From Lama guanicoe (Eukaryota), in NCBI GenBank assembly GCA_013239625.1, contig MU053934.1, positions 9,197,352-9,261,351 of the forward strand: DNA of 64,000 bases. The letters run 5' to 3'. The position numbers and the translations under genes were made by a program. Position 1 is the stretch's first letter. Every line of letters begins with the position of its first letter. Below the pieces are notes generated by a model. It searched no databases. It had not been told where the DNA came from and saw nothing but the letters and a program-made list of their open reading frames with translations. This document shows positions 38,932 to 50,175 of the stretch, one piece after another.

Positions 38932-39860
38932 ATCACAACTTTAAAGTCTGTAGCTTAGAAAATTTTGAACATGATCGGTTCTCATTTTAAAGGTCTTTAT
39001 CTTTGGTTCTTCCCTTGAGCAGATATTGGGTGAGAAGGTCAATGCAGTGAATCCTGAGTGAAAGCTGAGAATATACTTGTAACTTTGTGCAGGACCCTGG
39101 AATGAAGAGTACTTGATATTTAGAAAAACAGTCCCAGCAACTAACATATAAAAACTTATGCATAGTTGACAACTATTTAAATGACCATTTCTGAGTTGCC
39201 AGAAAAAAAATCTACCTCCCACTGGCATTCCGACATCGTTGCTTTGTGTGTGTAATGCTATTTGCAGTCAGTATCAGACATTAAATGTTATGTCACAGGC
39301 GGTGTAGCAAAGAATCCCAGTTGTCCGTGCGGGCGTCCCGACAGAGCACTGTCTCTGCCTGCGCGTGTAAGTCGTGAGTGACGGTTCTTACCCTCTCAGT
39401 AGTTGTAAAGTTAAAGTGAAAATGCAGCGCTCTCCTCACTGGTGGATGTTTACTGTTTGTTGGATGGAAGAAGGAACGAGTGGACTTTACGCCTGATCAC
39501 TTTGAACTGGAAGCAGCATGAGGACCCAGACCCTAATGCAGGGTGTGAGCTCGCCTGAGACTTCTTCCCAGAGAGGCTGCTGGAGCAGCGGCCGTCAGGG
39601 AGCGTTCCCGGAGGCACGTGCCACGGAAGTCAGGGGTTTTTAGGTGAACGGGGCCTCCGCCCAGGCACTAACCCTCTGTGGGCCTCTCCTTCCTTCCTTC
39701 TAAAATTAAGGAATTGGTTTAGGGTAGAAGTTTCCAGACTTCTGAATTTTGTGTCCATATGTTGCTTTAAAGGCATGAGGACGTGATTACACACTCACTG
39801 GAGTGGTTAGTTTGGCACAGGGACTGTTGGGCAGCAAAGCTGTTGTCCTGCTGTCTGCCC

Positions 39861-40048
39861 GCCTGAACCCCCTCTCCCTGCCTGAACCCACTCTCCCTGC
39901 CTGAGCCCCTTCTCCCTGCCTGGGCTCTATCTCCCTGCCTGAGCCCCTTCTTGCCTGAACCCCCTCTCCCTGCCTGAACCCCCTCTCCCTGCCTGAGCCC
40001 CCTCTCCCTGCCTGAGCCCCGTCTACCTGCCTGAGCTCCATCTACCTC
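39861..40048. repeat. Minisatellite, 19-bp unit gcctgaRccccctctccct, about 10 copies
   Basis: Visible tandem array; gives repetitive ORFs 39767..40084 and 39787..40041. Confidence 0.92.
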
Positions 40049-40182
40049 TTCCACCCTCTGGTGAGCAGCCTGGGGAGATGTCATTCTTGCCCTTTATTCT
40101 GATGACTTTGCCTTTTTATTTAGATTTGTTTGAGGTGAATGAGCCAGTATTCAATTCTGGTGACTTGTATAGCATATGGTTT

Positions 40183-40339
40183 ATTTATTTTTTAATTTAT
40201 TTTATTTTTTTTTATTGAAGTGCAGTTGATTTACAATATTAGTTTCAGATGTACAGCAAAGTGATTCAGTCATATATATGTTTCCAGACTCTTTCCCAAT
40301 ATAGCTCATTACAGGAAATTGAACACAGTTCCCTGTTAA
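40183..40339 (-). mobile_element. Short L1 3' end with TSD
   Basis: T-rich tail then ttattgaagtgcagttgatttacaat...gtacagcaaagtgattcagt; TSD agcatatggttt (40171-40182) / agcacatggttt (40340-40351). Confidence 0.8.
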
Positions 40340-40804
40340 AGCACATGGTTTTGCGTTTGACCGGTTACCCGGTGGGCACAGGCTTGAAGTCGTCCCTGCT
40401 CAGTGCTTGTCTGAGTAACTCAGAGGTGCAGAGGAGCGCGTAGGGCATCTTGCTGAAACACGAACAGCCCCTCTGCCTCTCTGCGTACTCAGATCCTGCA
40501 AATCCGAGAGCTGCCTGTCTGCACCTGCCTGGTTTGGGGTCTGGTGTCCACTGAGGCGTGGTGCCCAAGCTGTGCGGCTCCGTCTTCCTGAGGGCCTGCC
40601 ATGAGGACGTGGCTAAGAGCCTTGTCCACTGTCACAGGAGAACGGGCTTGGTCTCTGTGCAGAGAGTAAGTGCCTGTTTCATGAGGACCTGATTTGCTTT
40701 TTCTTGGGAAACCTGTGGAGTAGAAACTGCTCCTACTTTGTGCAGGCTTCTAGGAAATTCAGAAAACGTATAGATGCTGGCTTCAAACATAAGTTAAGTA
40801 ACTC

Positions 40805-42070
40805 AGTAATTATTGATTGAGATTTTGAAGTGTGCCAGGTACTGTTCATGGCATTGGAGATTCAGAATTAGTAAGACCTTACGTTTTAGTGAGAGAGACA
40901 GATAATGAGCCAAAAAACCTCAAATGTATAACAAGTGCCAGACAAATTGAAGAAAAATACACAGCACATCTGTGTGCTAAGTTGTCCCTTATGGTGGTAC
41001 TTGACTCAAATACTCTATAGAATCAGCTGTTTTATGAGTAGTAATTTACATATGATGGTGCAGAGGACAGACCATGGACAGAACAAGAACGTCGGGTCTT
41101 GACTAAGTGCTCTGGTGAGGTGAGGTGACGTGGAGTGACCGTGCTGCTTTAAAATCTGAAGATCAAGGAAACGTCTTCTGAGTTGGTGACACTTGAACTG
41201 AAAACTCAGTAGCCGACCAGTGGAGGAGACCCGTGGGTGGAGGTGGACACGGGCTGGGGCGAGCAGGCCGGCAGTGAGCACACGGGGCGCAGAGACCCCA
41301 CGGCAGAGACCTCGGCGGGACGAGGGAGCCCAGGGTTGGGACAGCGTCATGGGGGCAGGGGAGGCGTGGGACACGCAGTCCATGAGGTGCCCGGAGGCCA
41401 GTTACGTGGGGCTTGTAAACCAGGAAAAGGAGATCAATTTACTCACTGCCACAAGAGTTGATGCGAGAGTTTGAAGCAAGGTGTGCAACAACCTGGTTTG
41501 TGTTTAACAAGACCCCTCTGCTTGCGGGACAGAGGTTGAGCAGTGGGGAGGAGGGGGAGGGATGGAGGCTGGGCCCCTGCTGGGAGGCAGCAGCTGTCCA
41601 GCTGGAGCCACTGGCTCAGGCGAGAGTGGTAGCGGTGGGGATGGAGAGGAATGCTTGGATCGCACATGATCTGCTTCTCTGATGGGTTAGATTTTGGGGT
41701 GAGGTGGGGGAGGGAAGGCGAGGGCAGCAGCAGGTTTTGGGCCTGTTTGGGTGAGTGAGGTAGTTGGAACAGTGTCGGGGGGGTCGCGGTGTCAGAGTGC
41801 TATTTTGTCATGTTAAATTCAAGGTGCCCACCCTGCAGCTGAGCAGGGAGGTCCTATAGTGCAACCAGCACAGACATTCCAGAAGTGGCGGCCAGGGAAG
41901 CCTGCATTGGACGGCGGGCTCTCCCAGCCGGTGGCGAGGGAGGACCAGGGACACGAGACTCAAACGGAAGTCGTAGGATGGCTTGGGTGGGGAGTGGTGC
42001 TGGGGTTGTGGAGAGAGAAAGGACTCCCTCCGCAGCATTTAGTTACTCTTTGCAAGGAAGCAGTGAGGAC
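40805..42070 (-). mobile_element. LINE-2 relic, fragmented
   Basis: ttattgattgag...tgtgccaggtactgttc; downstream purine-rich antisense L2 motifs (catgttaaattcaaggtgcc). Confidence 0.6.
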
Positions 42071-42419
42071 CGCGTTTCAGTGACCAGACTTTGACCTAGA
42101 CTGCAGGCTACCTGCATTACTGTGTCACTGAGGTGCTGCGATAGGCCAAGTTAGTTCATCTCGTTTCTGTTTCTCTGTATCTGTTTGAGAAGAGATGGGA
42201 GCGATTTATTACTAAGTTATGCTGGAGAAATGACTGAACTTGCCTGCCTAGAAGTAGCTACCATTAAAATAAAGCTTACCTGGCTCCCCACCATCCGCTG
42301 TCTCCCCTCGAAACCTGAGGAGCCTGGGCAGCTGAGTGATTTCCCCCAGGATGTGACAGTGCTTTCTCTCTTCAGCAGAATATCTAGTAAATAGATATAA
42401 ATTTGAGGTTACTTTGCCT

Positions 42420-43400
42420 AGATACACTCCTCAGAATGTACATCTAACTTTTTGGTAGGTGATACATTCATATAGTTCTAACGTCACAACGCACAGTCTC
42501 CCTCCCGCCCAGCTGGTCCCCCCGCCCCCACCCCTAAGCTGGGAAACTCTCGTTTCTTTTTCTCACCACACTTTTGGGCCTCTTGCTTTTTTTCTATCTA
42601 AATAGAATATTTTTCACACTTTTCCGCATCAGTATGTGAAGAACTTCCTCACTGTTTTAACTTCCATTGTGTGTATTTAATCAGTCCCTTCTCGGTGAAC
42701 ATTTAGGTGAACAATTTTCCATAGCTACAGAGTGCTGCAGCGCGTGGCCTTGTTCACACACGTCACACTGCCTGTGGGCAAGTGTGCTTGTGAGGTGAAT
42801 CGTAAGTATGATGGCTAGGTCAAAGAGGAGGTGCTCTTGAAATTTTGACACACCCTTCCCAGTTGTCCTCCATAGGTGCCGCACAGCGTGCGCGCCCCGA
42901 GGCGCAGGCCGAGCGTGCCTGGTTTCCTGTGTCGTTGCTAGCAGGGTGTATTATCAAAGGTTTGGATTGGCCAATTCGGCCAGGTTTAAAATAGCATCAT
43001 TGTGTAGTTTTATTTTGTTATTTTTCTTGTTATGAGGTTGAGTATCTGTTTATATATTGAAGAGGTAAATGTTATGGACAATCTCATTTTCTTCATCCGT
43101 TTTTCTGTTAGGATATCAGTCTTTTCTGTATCTACATGCAGGAGTATTTTCTACATTAGGGCTATTAGTCCTTTGTATAAAATAAAACTCCAGTTTTTCT
43201 CGCTTTTTTGTCTTTTGACTTTGCTTGTGGCACTTTTCTTCATGTAGAGTTTTTTTATTTGTTAGCAGGTGAAATTGCCAATCTTTTTTATGTCTTACAG
43301 ATTTTTGGTAATGGCTGTGAAGGCCTTTCCTATTTAGATTTTCTTCCGGAATTGCGTCACTTCAGTTTTGATGTTTAAATGTTTGATCTGCTTGGTCTAA
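42420..43400 (-). mobile_element. Ancient L1ME-like 3' region
   Basis: T-rich degenerate antisense L1 (gaacatttaggt, ttgtcttttgactttgctt). Confidence 0.55.
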
Positions 43401-44019
43401 AGGTTACAGTAGGGGTCTGCTTTCATCTTTGCTTCAGACAACGCTGGTGGTCACAGCGGCAGAGCACCGGGGCAGCCCCATCTTTCCGCGGTCTTTGCCC
43501 CATTCCCTGCTCCCTCAGCCACCCTGACACGTGGAGAACCCTTTCAGCTCAAGTTCCGCTTCTTCAGCGCACATTCCGGCTTGTCGAACTTACTCTCTCC
43601 TTCACTGTCTCAGTCTAGTTGGGCCTTAAGAATTTTATAAACATGTTGATCAAATTACATTTATCATGCATTTTTTAGGGTATTTTGTTTGTTTAAAGAA
43701 GAAATTCTCTAAATTGCATTCTATTCCCACAGCCTGATTGATTGGGTTTGTTGTCTGTTGTCTGAAAACTGTTGTTTTATGTGTTTTGTCTGCATTTAAG
43801 GTATAGGAGGGTCCGTTGTTAGTGTGTTATGCCTGAAGTTGGAAGTGATAGTTGGAGATGTTAACACGTGCTTTTCAGCCACTGATAGAAGCAGGCAGAC
43901 GTCAGTGTAGATGTAGGTGGTCCCAGTGGTGCTGAGATAGGGAACCACCTCCACCTGAGTGTTGTTCATGGACGTTGACCCAGGACTTGCACTCTCTTTT
44001 TAACTGCATGTATTATGTT

Positions 44020-44580
44020 CCCCGAGATGGACCACAGTCTGGGCCATACAGAGTCTCAGTATATGTATGAAAAGGATTGAAAACATACTGAGTCTATTCC
44101 CTGATCATAGTGAGCCTAGAAAACCATAACAAGATGATCTAGAAAAAGTCTTAAGTTTTGGAAATGAGCACTTCTAAGTAATCGATTTGTCAAAGAGGAA
44201 ATCACAAGGCAGAGGAGAAAATCTTTTGAACTGAAGACAAGTGAAAGTATAACGTGTGTGGGATGAAGCTAAAGCATCGTGTAGAGGGAAATTTATAGCG
44301 TTAAGTGTCTACATCAGAAAAGAAAGGTCTGAAATCAGTGACTTAAGGTTCTGCTTTATGAAGATAGAAAGAGAAGAGTACAGTAAACCCTCAGTAGGAA
44401 GAAGAAAATAATAAAAGATAAGGTTAAGTCAATCAAATGGGAAACAGAAAAACAACAGAAAAAATTAACAAAAGCAAAGTTGGCTCTTTTAAGAAGATCA
44501 GCAAAATGGATTGAGAAGAAAGAAGGAGCACTGATGATCAGTATCAGGAAAGAAGGCATGGTTGTCCCTTCATAAACTCA
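44020..44580 (+). mobile_element. Old L1 ORF2 5' region fragment
   Basis: A-rich; acttctaagtaat...gtcaaagaggaaatcacaag; agggaaatttatagc. Confidence 0.75.
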
Positions 44581-45049
44581 GACTCTGGTGAGGGAGCTCT
44601 GCAGCCGGCAGCTCTGTGGCCGAGGGCACTTCCGCGGCGTCCCCGGGCAGGAGCGTCCTGTCCTGCGTTCCTCTTGGAAGCCCCGTGCTGTTGTGTAGTT
44701 ACAGTGCCCCGAGCGCACCGCTGTTCCTTCCTTCCTGCTGTTTTTCCAGGTCCTTTTTTGTCACCTCTTGTCTAACGCTCCCCCCTCCCTCTTCTACCTG
44801 GGATTCACCTAACTCCCGATCTTCCCGCCCCATCCGTCACCCCCTCTTCCCCCAGCTCTCCGGTTAGTTAGATAAACTGTGTTGTTTCTGTAATTCATGA
44901 TCTGCGTCTGTATGTTGCACGTAAGACATTTTTCTCATATAATTATCTGCGTGCATGTCTTTCTCCACTGGTAGAGTTTGGAATTATGGCTTGGGACGTA
45001 GCCCCTGGCACACAGTATTTGGAACATTGTGAGGTTTTTAAAATTAATT

Positions 45050-45177
45050 TGTTGTTGTTGTTTTTTGGGGGGGGTGATAATTAGGTTTATTTATTTATTT
45101 TAATGGTGGTGCTGGGAATTGAACCCAGGACCTGTGCATGCTAAGCACACGATCTACCACTGAGCTGTATCCTCCCC
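45050..45177 (-). mobile_element. tRNA-derived SINE, Vic-1-like
   Basis: attgaacccaggacctgtgcatgctaagcacacgatctaccactgagctgtatcctcccc with taattaggtttatttattt tail. Confidence 0.87.
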
Positions 45178-46317
45178 TGCTTTGAAACAATGTGTTGAAT
45201 GAATGTTGAATGCATGTGGGAAAATGTTTTGAGCTCCAAGTAGTTGAATTATGAATGAACTTCAGGATCACAATTTTGTGAACCTGACTTGAAAACACAA
45301 GAATTTCTGTTGTTGCAGTTTGATGACCTACCTAAACTGATGTGAGAATTGAGAGTTTTGAAAATACTATCCGTTACTAAATATTTTGCATCAGTGTTGA
45401 TCAGTTATTTGACAGATTGTGGAAAACAGAATATGTGTTTAGATTTTTGTTTTTATATGAAGTAACAGTGTGTTATGGTAGTTAAAAAGCTTCATATGGC
45501 TATCATACTTAAAAGACATGCTTTTATTATGTTATTTATTAAGATGCAATTAAGTAAATCATGTTTGTAAATATATTTAATGCTTTACTGTCATGCTTAT
45601 TACTATAACCTTGGCTATGAATACTGTCTTCTTTAGTTCTTAAGTCTTCAGATGCCCTCGGGTAAATATGACTCAGAATTAATTAATAGGACTGTGCAGT
45701 CTTTTTAGTTGTCACAGTGGCACTTTGAAGAAGTCTGCTCATAATCTTTGCCTCGGGGTTTCCCAAGTTGATCTCCAAGTTTAGGTTTGCTTGACAGTGA
45801 GGATGTTTTCTTGGTAACTTGAGAGCCTTACGGAGGAGATAAGCAGCCAGTATTCACAACTGTTGCTGGAATATGTTTAAATAAAAAGCACGGCACGTCC
45901 GTTTCTCTGGTTAATCTGAGCACTGCGCTTCGGCTACAACAGTTAGTGTGAGCTGTTCACCTGAGCCTGTAGATGACTTTCATTTTACTGTTTAAACTAT
46001 AGTGAAGTATTTTCTTTTTTCAACTTAGATAAAAACTTTTCTAATAGGCCCTTTCCTCCAGTTGAATAAATTTGAATCATTTCAACATACTTTTCAGAAG
46101 TAAAATTGGAGAAAAACATTTTGAGGGTTTTTATTTTCTTTTAGCTGCTAATAGAAAAATAGTATGTGAACCTCTTTAAGCATTTTAAGATTCCAGCTAA
46201 TCAAAAAATCAATAAACAGGAGTGCTCTTACGTATAAGATTTGCCTGTAAAGTAGATAAGGCCGTGTCTATTTTGCTATGTGTCTAGTAACCGAACCTTT
46301 TCCTCCTTTTTCCTTAG

Positions 46318-46398
46318 GTTCTTGATTATTACAGACCATTTTCTGAAAAGCCCGGAATTGGTTAAAGCCATGTATGCCAAAATGAGCAATCAAGAAAG
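46318..46398 (+). CDS. ATXN10: Ataxin-10 coding exon 6 (81 nt, phase 2-2): (P)FLIITDHFLKSPELVKAMYAKMSNQE(R)
   Basis: Read directly from sequence (absent from the ORF track). Long pyrimidine tract, cttag|G, donor AG|gtaacc; frame continuous. Confidence 0.96.
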
Positions 46399-48084
46399 GT
46401 AACCCCCCAAACCAGTGTGGTTTTGAGTATTTAGCATTCCATATAGAGTATCCTGTACACATGACTGAAAAACTGTGTGGTTTCTTTGTTGGCACAAAAT
46501 CTCTAACTACATGTTTCTGTGTCAGTAATGGTTTTAAATTGGTTGGTTAACATTACAGCTCAGCCACCACGGGCAGTCATTTACGTGGGGTTGCAGAATC
46601 CAGGTTGACGCCATTATTCTGAGAAAGCATATTAAAAAACGTTCAGAACAAAATGTTATGGCTTGTCCCTCGATTTTATAGTGGTGATTCACGCAGCCGT
46701 GCGTTAGAAATGCATGTATGAAGTGTGCTTACCTGTGCACCCCCCTGCCTGTGTTGATTTGGGGTACGCTTGGCTGGGTTTATCATTTTCTGGGAGGTAT
46801 TTTAGACTGAAAGACAGTCGGTGCCCATCTGTGACCCTCACCGCTCTGTGGCTTCAGAGCTCAGAGACCTTGGCCCTGCACCTTGGTGTGAGAGTTACTC
46901 TTTATGTGACCTTAGCCGGGACTTTTGCCTTGTTTGTGTTCAGTTTTCTGAGGACTGAAGACAATGATTCCTAGTCCTCTTTCCATTCCAATAGGGTGTG
47001 ATTTTCCTAACCTTTTTGGAAATGCTGCCTTAGGAAAGTAAAGCTTATGCAGAAATCACAGATCTAATAATGATCAAAAACTTTAAAAAATGTTAATCTT
47101 TTGATTGTAGTCACAATTTTTATAATTGCTGTGGTTTTGAAATTCTTAACTATACATCTGAGTTCCAACAGTTAATCTTTGTGCACTCCTTTGTAGTCTT
47201 AAGCAGTGTTTTTTTCTTCTTTAATATCTTTGACAAAAAAGGAAAAGTTCGTCTTTTAAGTCAGTTTAAATGCCATCTTTATAAATCTGGTGCCCCTGCC
47301 ACCACCATCATATTGCAGAGAAAGAATTACTTGTAGTTTTTTTTTACCTGGAATAAGTACTATGAAGAACAGTGCTATAAATTAGTAAGTTGCTTTGCAG
47401 TAAGGAACATCTGAAAACAGAATACACAGTTTAATTGTATTTTAATGTTCAAGCTTATATTTTCCACATTCCTATCAAATGATCTACTGGTAACTGACCC
47501 ATTACCTAGCCAAATGAGGACGGTACACTAAACATTTTCCGTTTTTATTTATGCAAGAGTGGTTCTGCTTCCCTAAGGCTCACATGTCACCTCCTCCCCT
47601 TCATTTTTCTTCTGAAGGAGAAGTGCTTTTCTTTTATCACATCGTTTGTGACACGTCATGTCACGTCACTTACCTGCTTGCTAACTGTGTGACACTGGCA
47701 TTAAGAGTGTTAGCTCCATGCGGGCCAGGATTTGATCTTTTCTGTTCTGTGATGTTCACATTTCTTAGCCATGCTTAGCACATAGCAGGCACTGAAGTGC
47801 TCGAATGAGAGCTTGAGTGAATGAATGAATTTTCTTGCTCGTGAAGAAGAGTTTTATCTAGAACATCGATTAATGTCACCTCACCTGCTGGGTTGGAGAC
47901 CTCGCAGTAGTCCTGTCCCCACCGTGTCCTCTGCTGTCCGTGCCACGCTGGTCAGTGTGCCTTCCCGAGGACACCAGCCGAGTGTGCTGTTGAGTTTGCT
48001 CTCTCGTCACAGCCCTGGTTTGCATATCGCCTTTGCGTGGACTTTGGCTGTAGCCTCCTTATGAACTCTGAGAAAACGTACATC

Positions 48085-48750
48085 ATATGAAATTCACCAC
48101 TGTAACCTTTTTTAAATGGACAGTTCAGTAGTTTAAGTGCATGTACAATGTCTGGCAGCCAGTCTGCAGAGCTGCTTCATCTTGCGACATTGAAACTATA
48201 CCCATAAACAGCCACCCATTTCCCCCTCCTCCGGCCCCTGGCCCCCCTCGTGCTACTTTCTGTCTCTGAACTTGACTCCTCTGCGTACAGGTGGTCCTTG
48301 GACAATGCTGGGGTTAGAGGCGCTGACCACCAGGGCAGTGGAAAATCTGAGCATAACTTACCGTCAGCCCTCTGCATCCACGGTCGCTCCACACTCTTGG
48401 ATTCAACCAACTGCAGAGTGTGTGGTACTGTAGTACCTGTTTACTGAAAAAATTCCACATGTAAGTGGACCCACACAGTTCAAATTCATGTTGTTCAAGG
48501 GTCAGCTGTACGTCGTGCAAGTGAATCACACAGTATTTGCCGTCGTGCGGCTGGTGTGTTTCACTTAGCGTAGTGTCCTTAAGGTTAGCCACATTACAGC
48601 GTGGGTCGGAGTTTCCTTCCTTTCGAAGGCCGAGTCCCACTGCACTATGTGCATATGTCACGCTTTGCTTGTCTGCTCATCTGTCGTGGACAGCTGGGTT
48701 GCTGCCACCTTTCAGCTGTGATGAACAGTGCTGCTGAGAAGATGGGTGGA
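48085..48750 (-). mobile_element. L1MB-like 3' end interrupted by a Tigger MITE
   Basis: aaattcaccact...cagttcagtag; ttcatcttgc...gaaactatacccat; tttcacttagcgtagtgtc. Confidence 0.8.
48288..48508. mobile_element. TcMar-Tigger MITE (Tigger2/MER8-like), 221 bp
   Basis: TA TSD (48286-48287, 48509-48510); TIRs caggtggtccttggacaa / ttgttcaagggtcagctg. Confidence 0.85.
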
Positions 48751-50076
48751 CAGTAGCCAGCAGTCTGATTGACCTGGTTTCTGTTTCTCCTCCTCTGCTG
48801 TCACCTGCCGTACCACCAGCATGGCTCTTGTCCCGCCGCTTTAGTGGCCTCTGTCACGTGTTCCAGGAGGCAGTTAAATTCCACGTACGGTGCGCAGGCC
48901 CTTTTAAAGTGTAGCTTTGTTTCCAATCCCCGTTCTCTTCCCCGGTCACCGCGCTGGCGTCTCGCAGGACTGCTCTCAGTATCCAGGCCTTGCCTGCGCT
49001 TCGTGCCAGGAGTGGCCTGACCCCCGCCTCCCCTGCTGGACACGCACTCATGGTCGAGCGGCCGTAGCGGGTGCTGCCTCCTCTCTGTTGGCTCCTCTGA
49101 CTTTCCCAGGCAGAGTGCTGTGCGTCCTCATCTGCAGGTTCATTGTAATTATTTGTTCTCATGCTAGAATATGTATTCTTCAAGGACAGAGACTGAATCT
49201 TACGAGTTCTCTATTATAAACACCCACCGGAAGCAGTGTTGCAACAGCGTTGGAACGAAATAGTCAGCCAGTAGCTGGCACTTACTGGGCCATGTCTTTA
49301 AGATGATGTCTCTGTCGATACTTCAGACAGCAGACGGCTCCGGCAGCCAAGGATAGATGGTTTGCTGCATCGGCCTGGCTTCTGGGGAAGCGCATCGTGG
49401 GAACTGTTGAGTCCAGATCCTTGTCTTTGCTCAGTGGCAGGGCTGAGCTTGAGGACCGCCAGTGCTTCTGAATTGTAGCCGTCAGCTCGGTCAGACACAG
49501 CTCTGCTTCCTTGTTTCATGCGTGTTCTGTGGGGAGAAGGTGTCACATAGTGACACGGAAACCTCTGGGGCACTGACACCCTGGAAGGGCACCGTTATGG
49601 GGCTGCCGGGGCAGAGGAGGTGTCTGTGGCGTGCTGAACACCGAGAACGCCGGAGCTGCCCGACCCAGTGGTATTCCAGACCGGGACACTGCTCTGCTTT
49701 CAGTAGAATTTTGTCATGTGGGTGAGAGTAATCTGATCATTTCAGAGTCAAAACAGTGTCAGTCAAAACCAGCTTCACATCCTTGGTATATGGGGGGCAG
49801 CAGAGATAAGCCTCTGTGAATCCTGTGCCCGAGGCCAAGAGGTCAGGATTCCACAGAGCCGCGGCAGCTGCTCCCAGGACGGGAGGTCGGAGAAGCGACT
49901 GCTGTCTTCAGGCACCAGACTCAGAGTTACAGTCCTTCCAGGCACAAGATGTTAAGGTGTAATTCTAGGATAAGACCTTGCTCTTTTCAAAATGCTTGTT
50001 TTACATGAGGATATGTGGTGAGTCAGAACTTTAACGTTTAACTGACCACATCCTAAGTCTAAAAAATGTCACTTTA

Positions 50077-50175
50077 AGAATATGAAAACGAATATATGTA
50101 TATATATGCATGACTGGGCCGTTGTGCTGTGCACCAGAGATTACACGTTGTAAGTGATTGTACGTAGTTAAAAAC
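50077..50175 (+). mobile_element. About 100-bp L1 3' tip
   Basis: Homologous to the tail of the L1 at 3680-4489 (gaatatgaaa...tgtgctgt.caccaga); gtcactt repeated on both flanks. Confidence 0.75.

Noticed and set aside
39861..40048. CRISPR-like array
   Set aside because: Units are contiguous with no unique spacers, and the DNA is mammalian.
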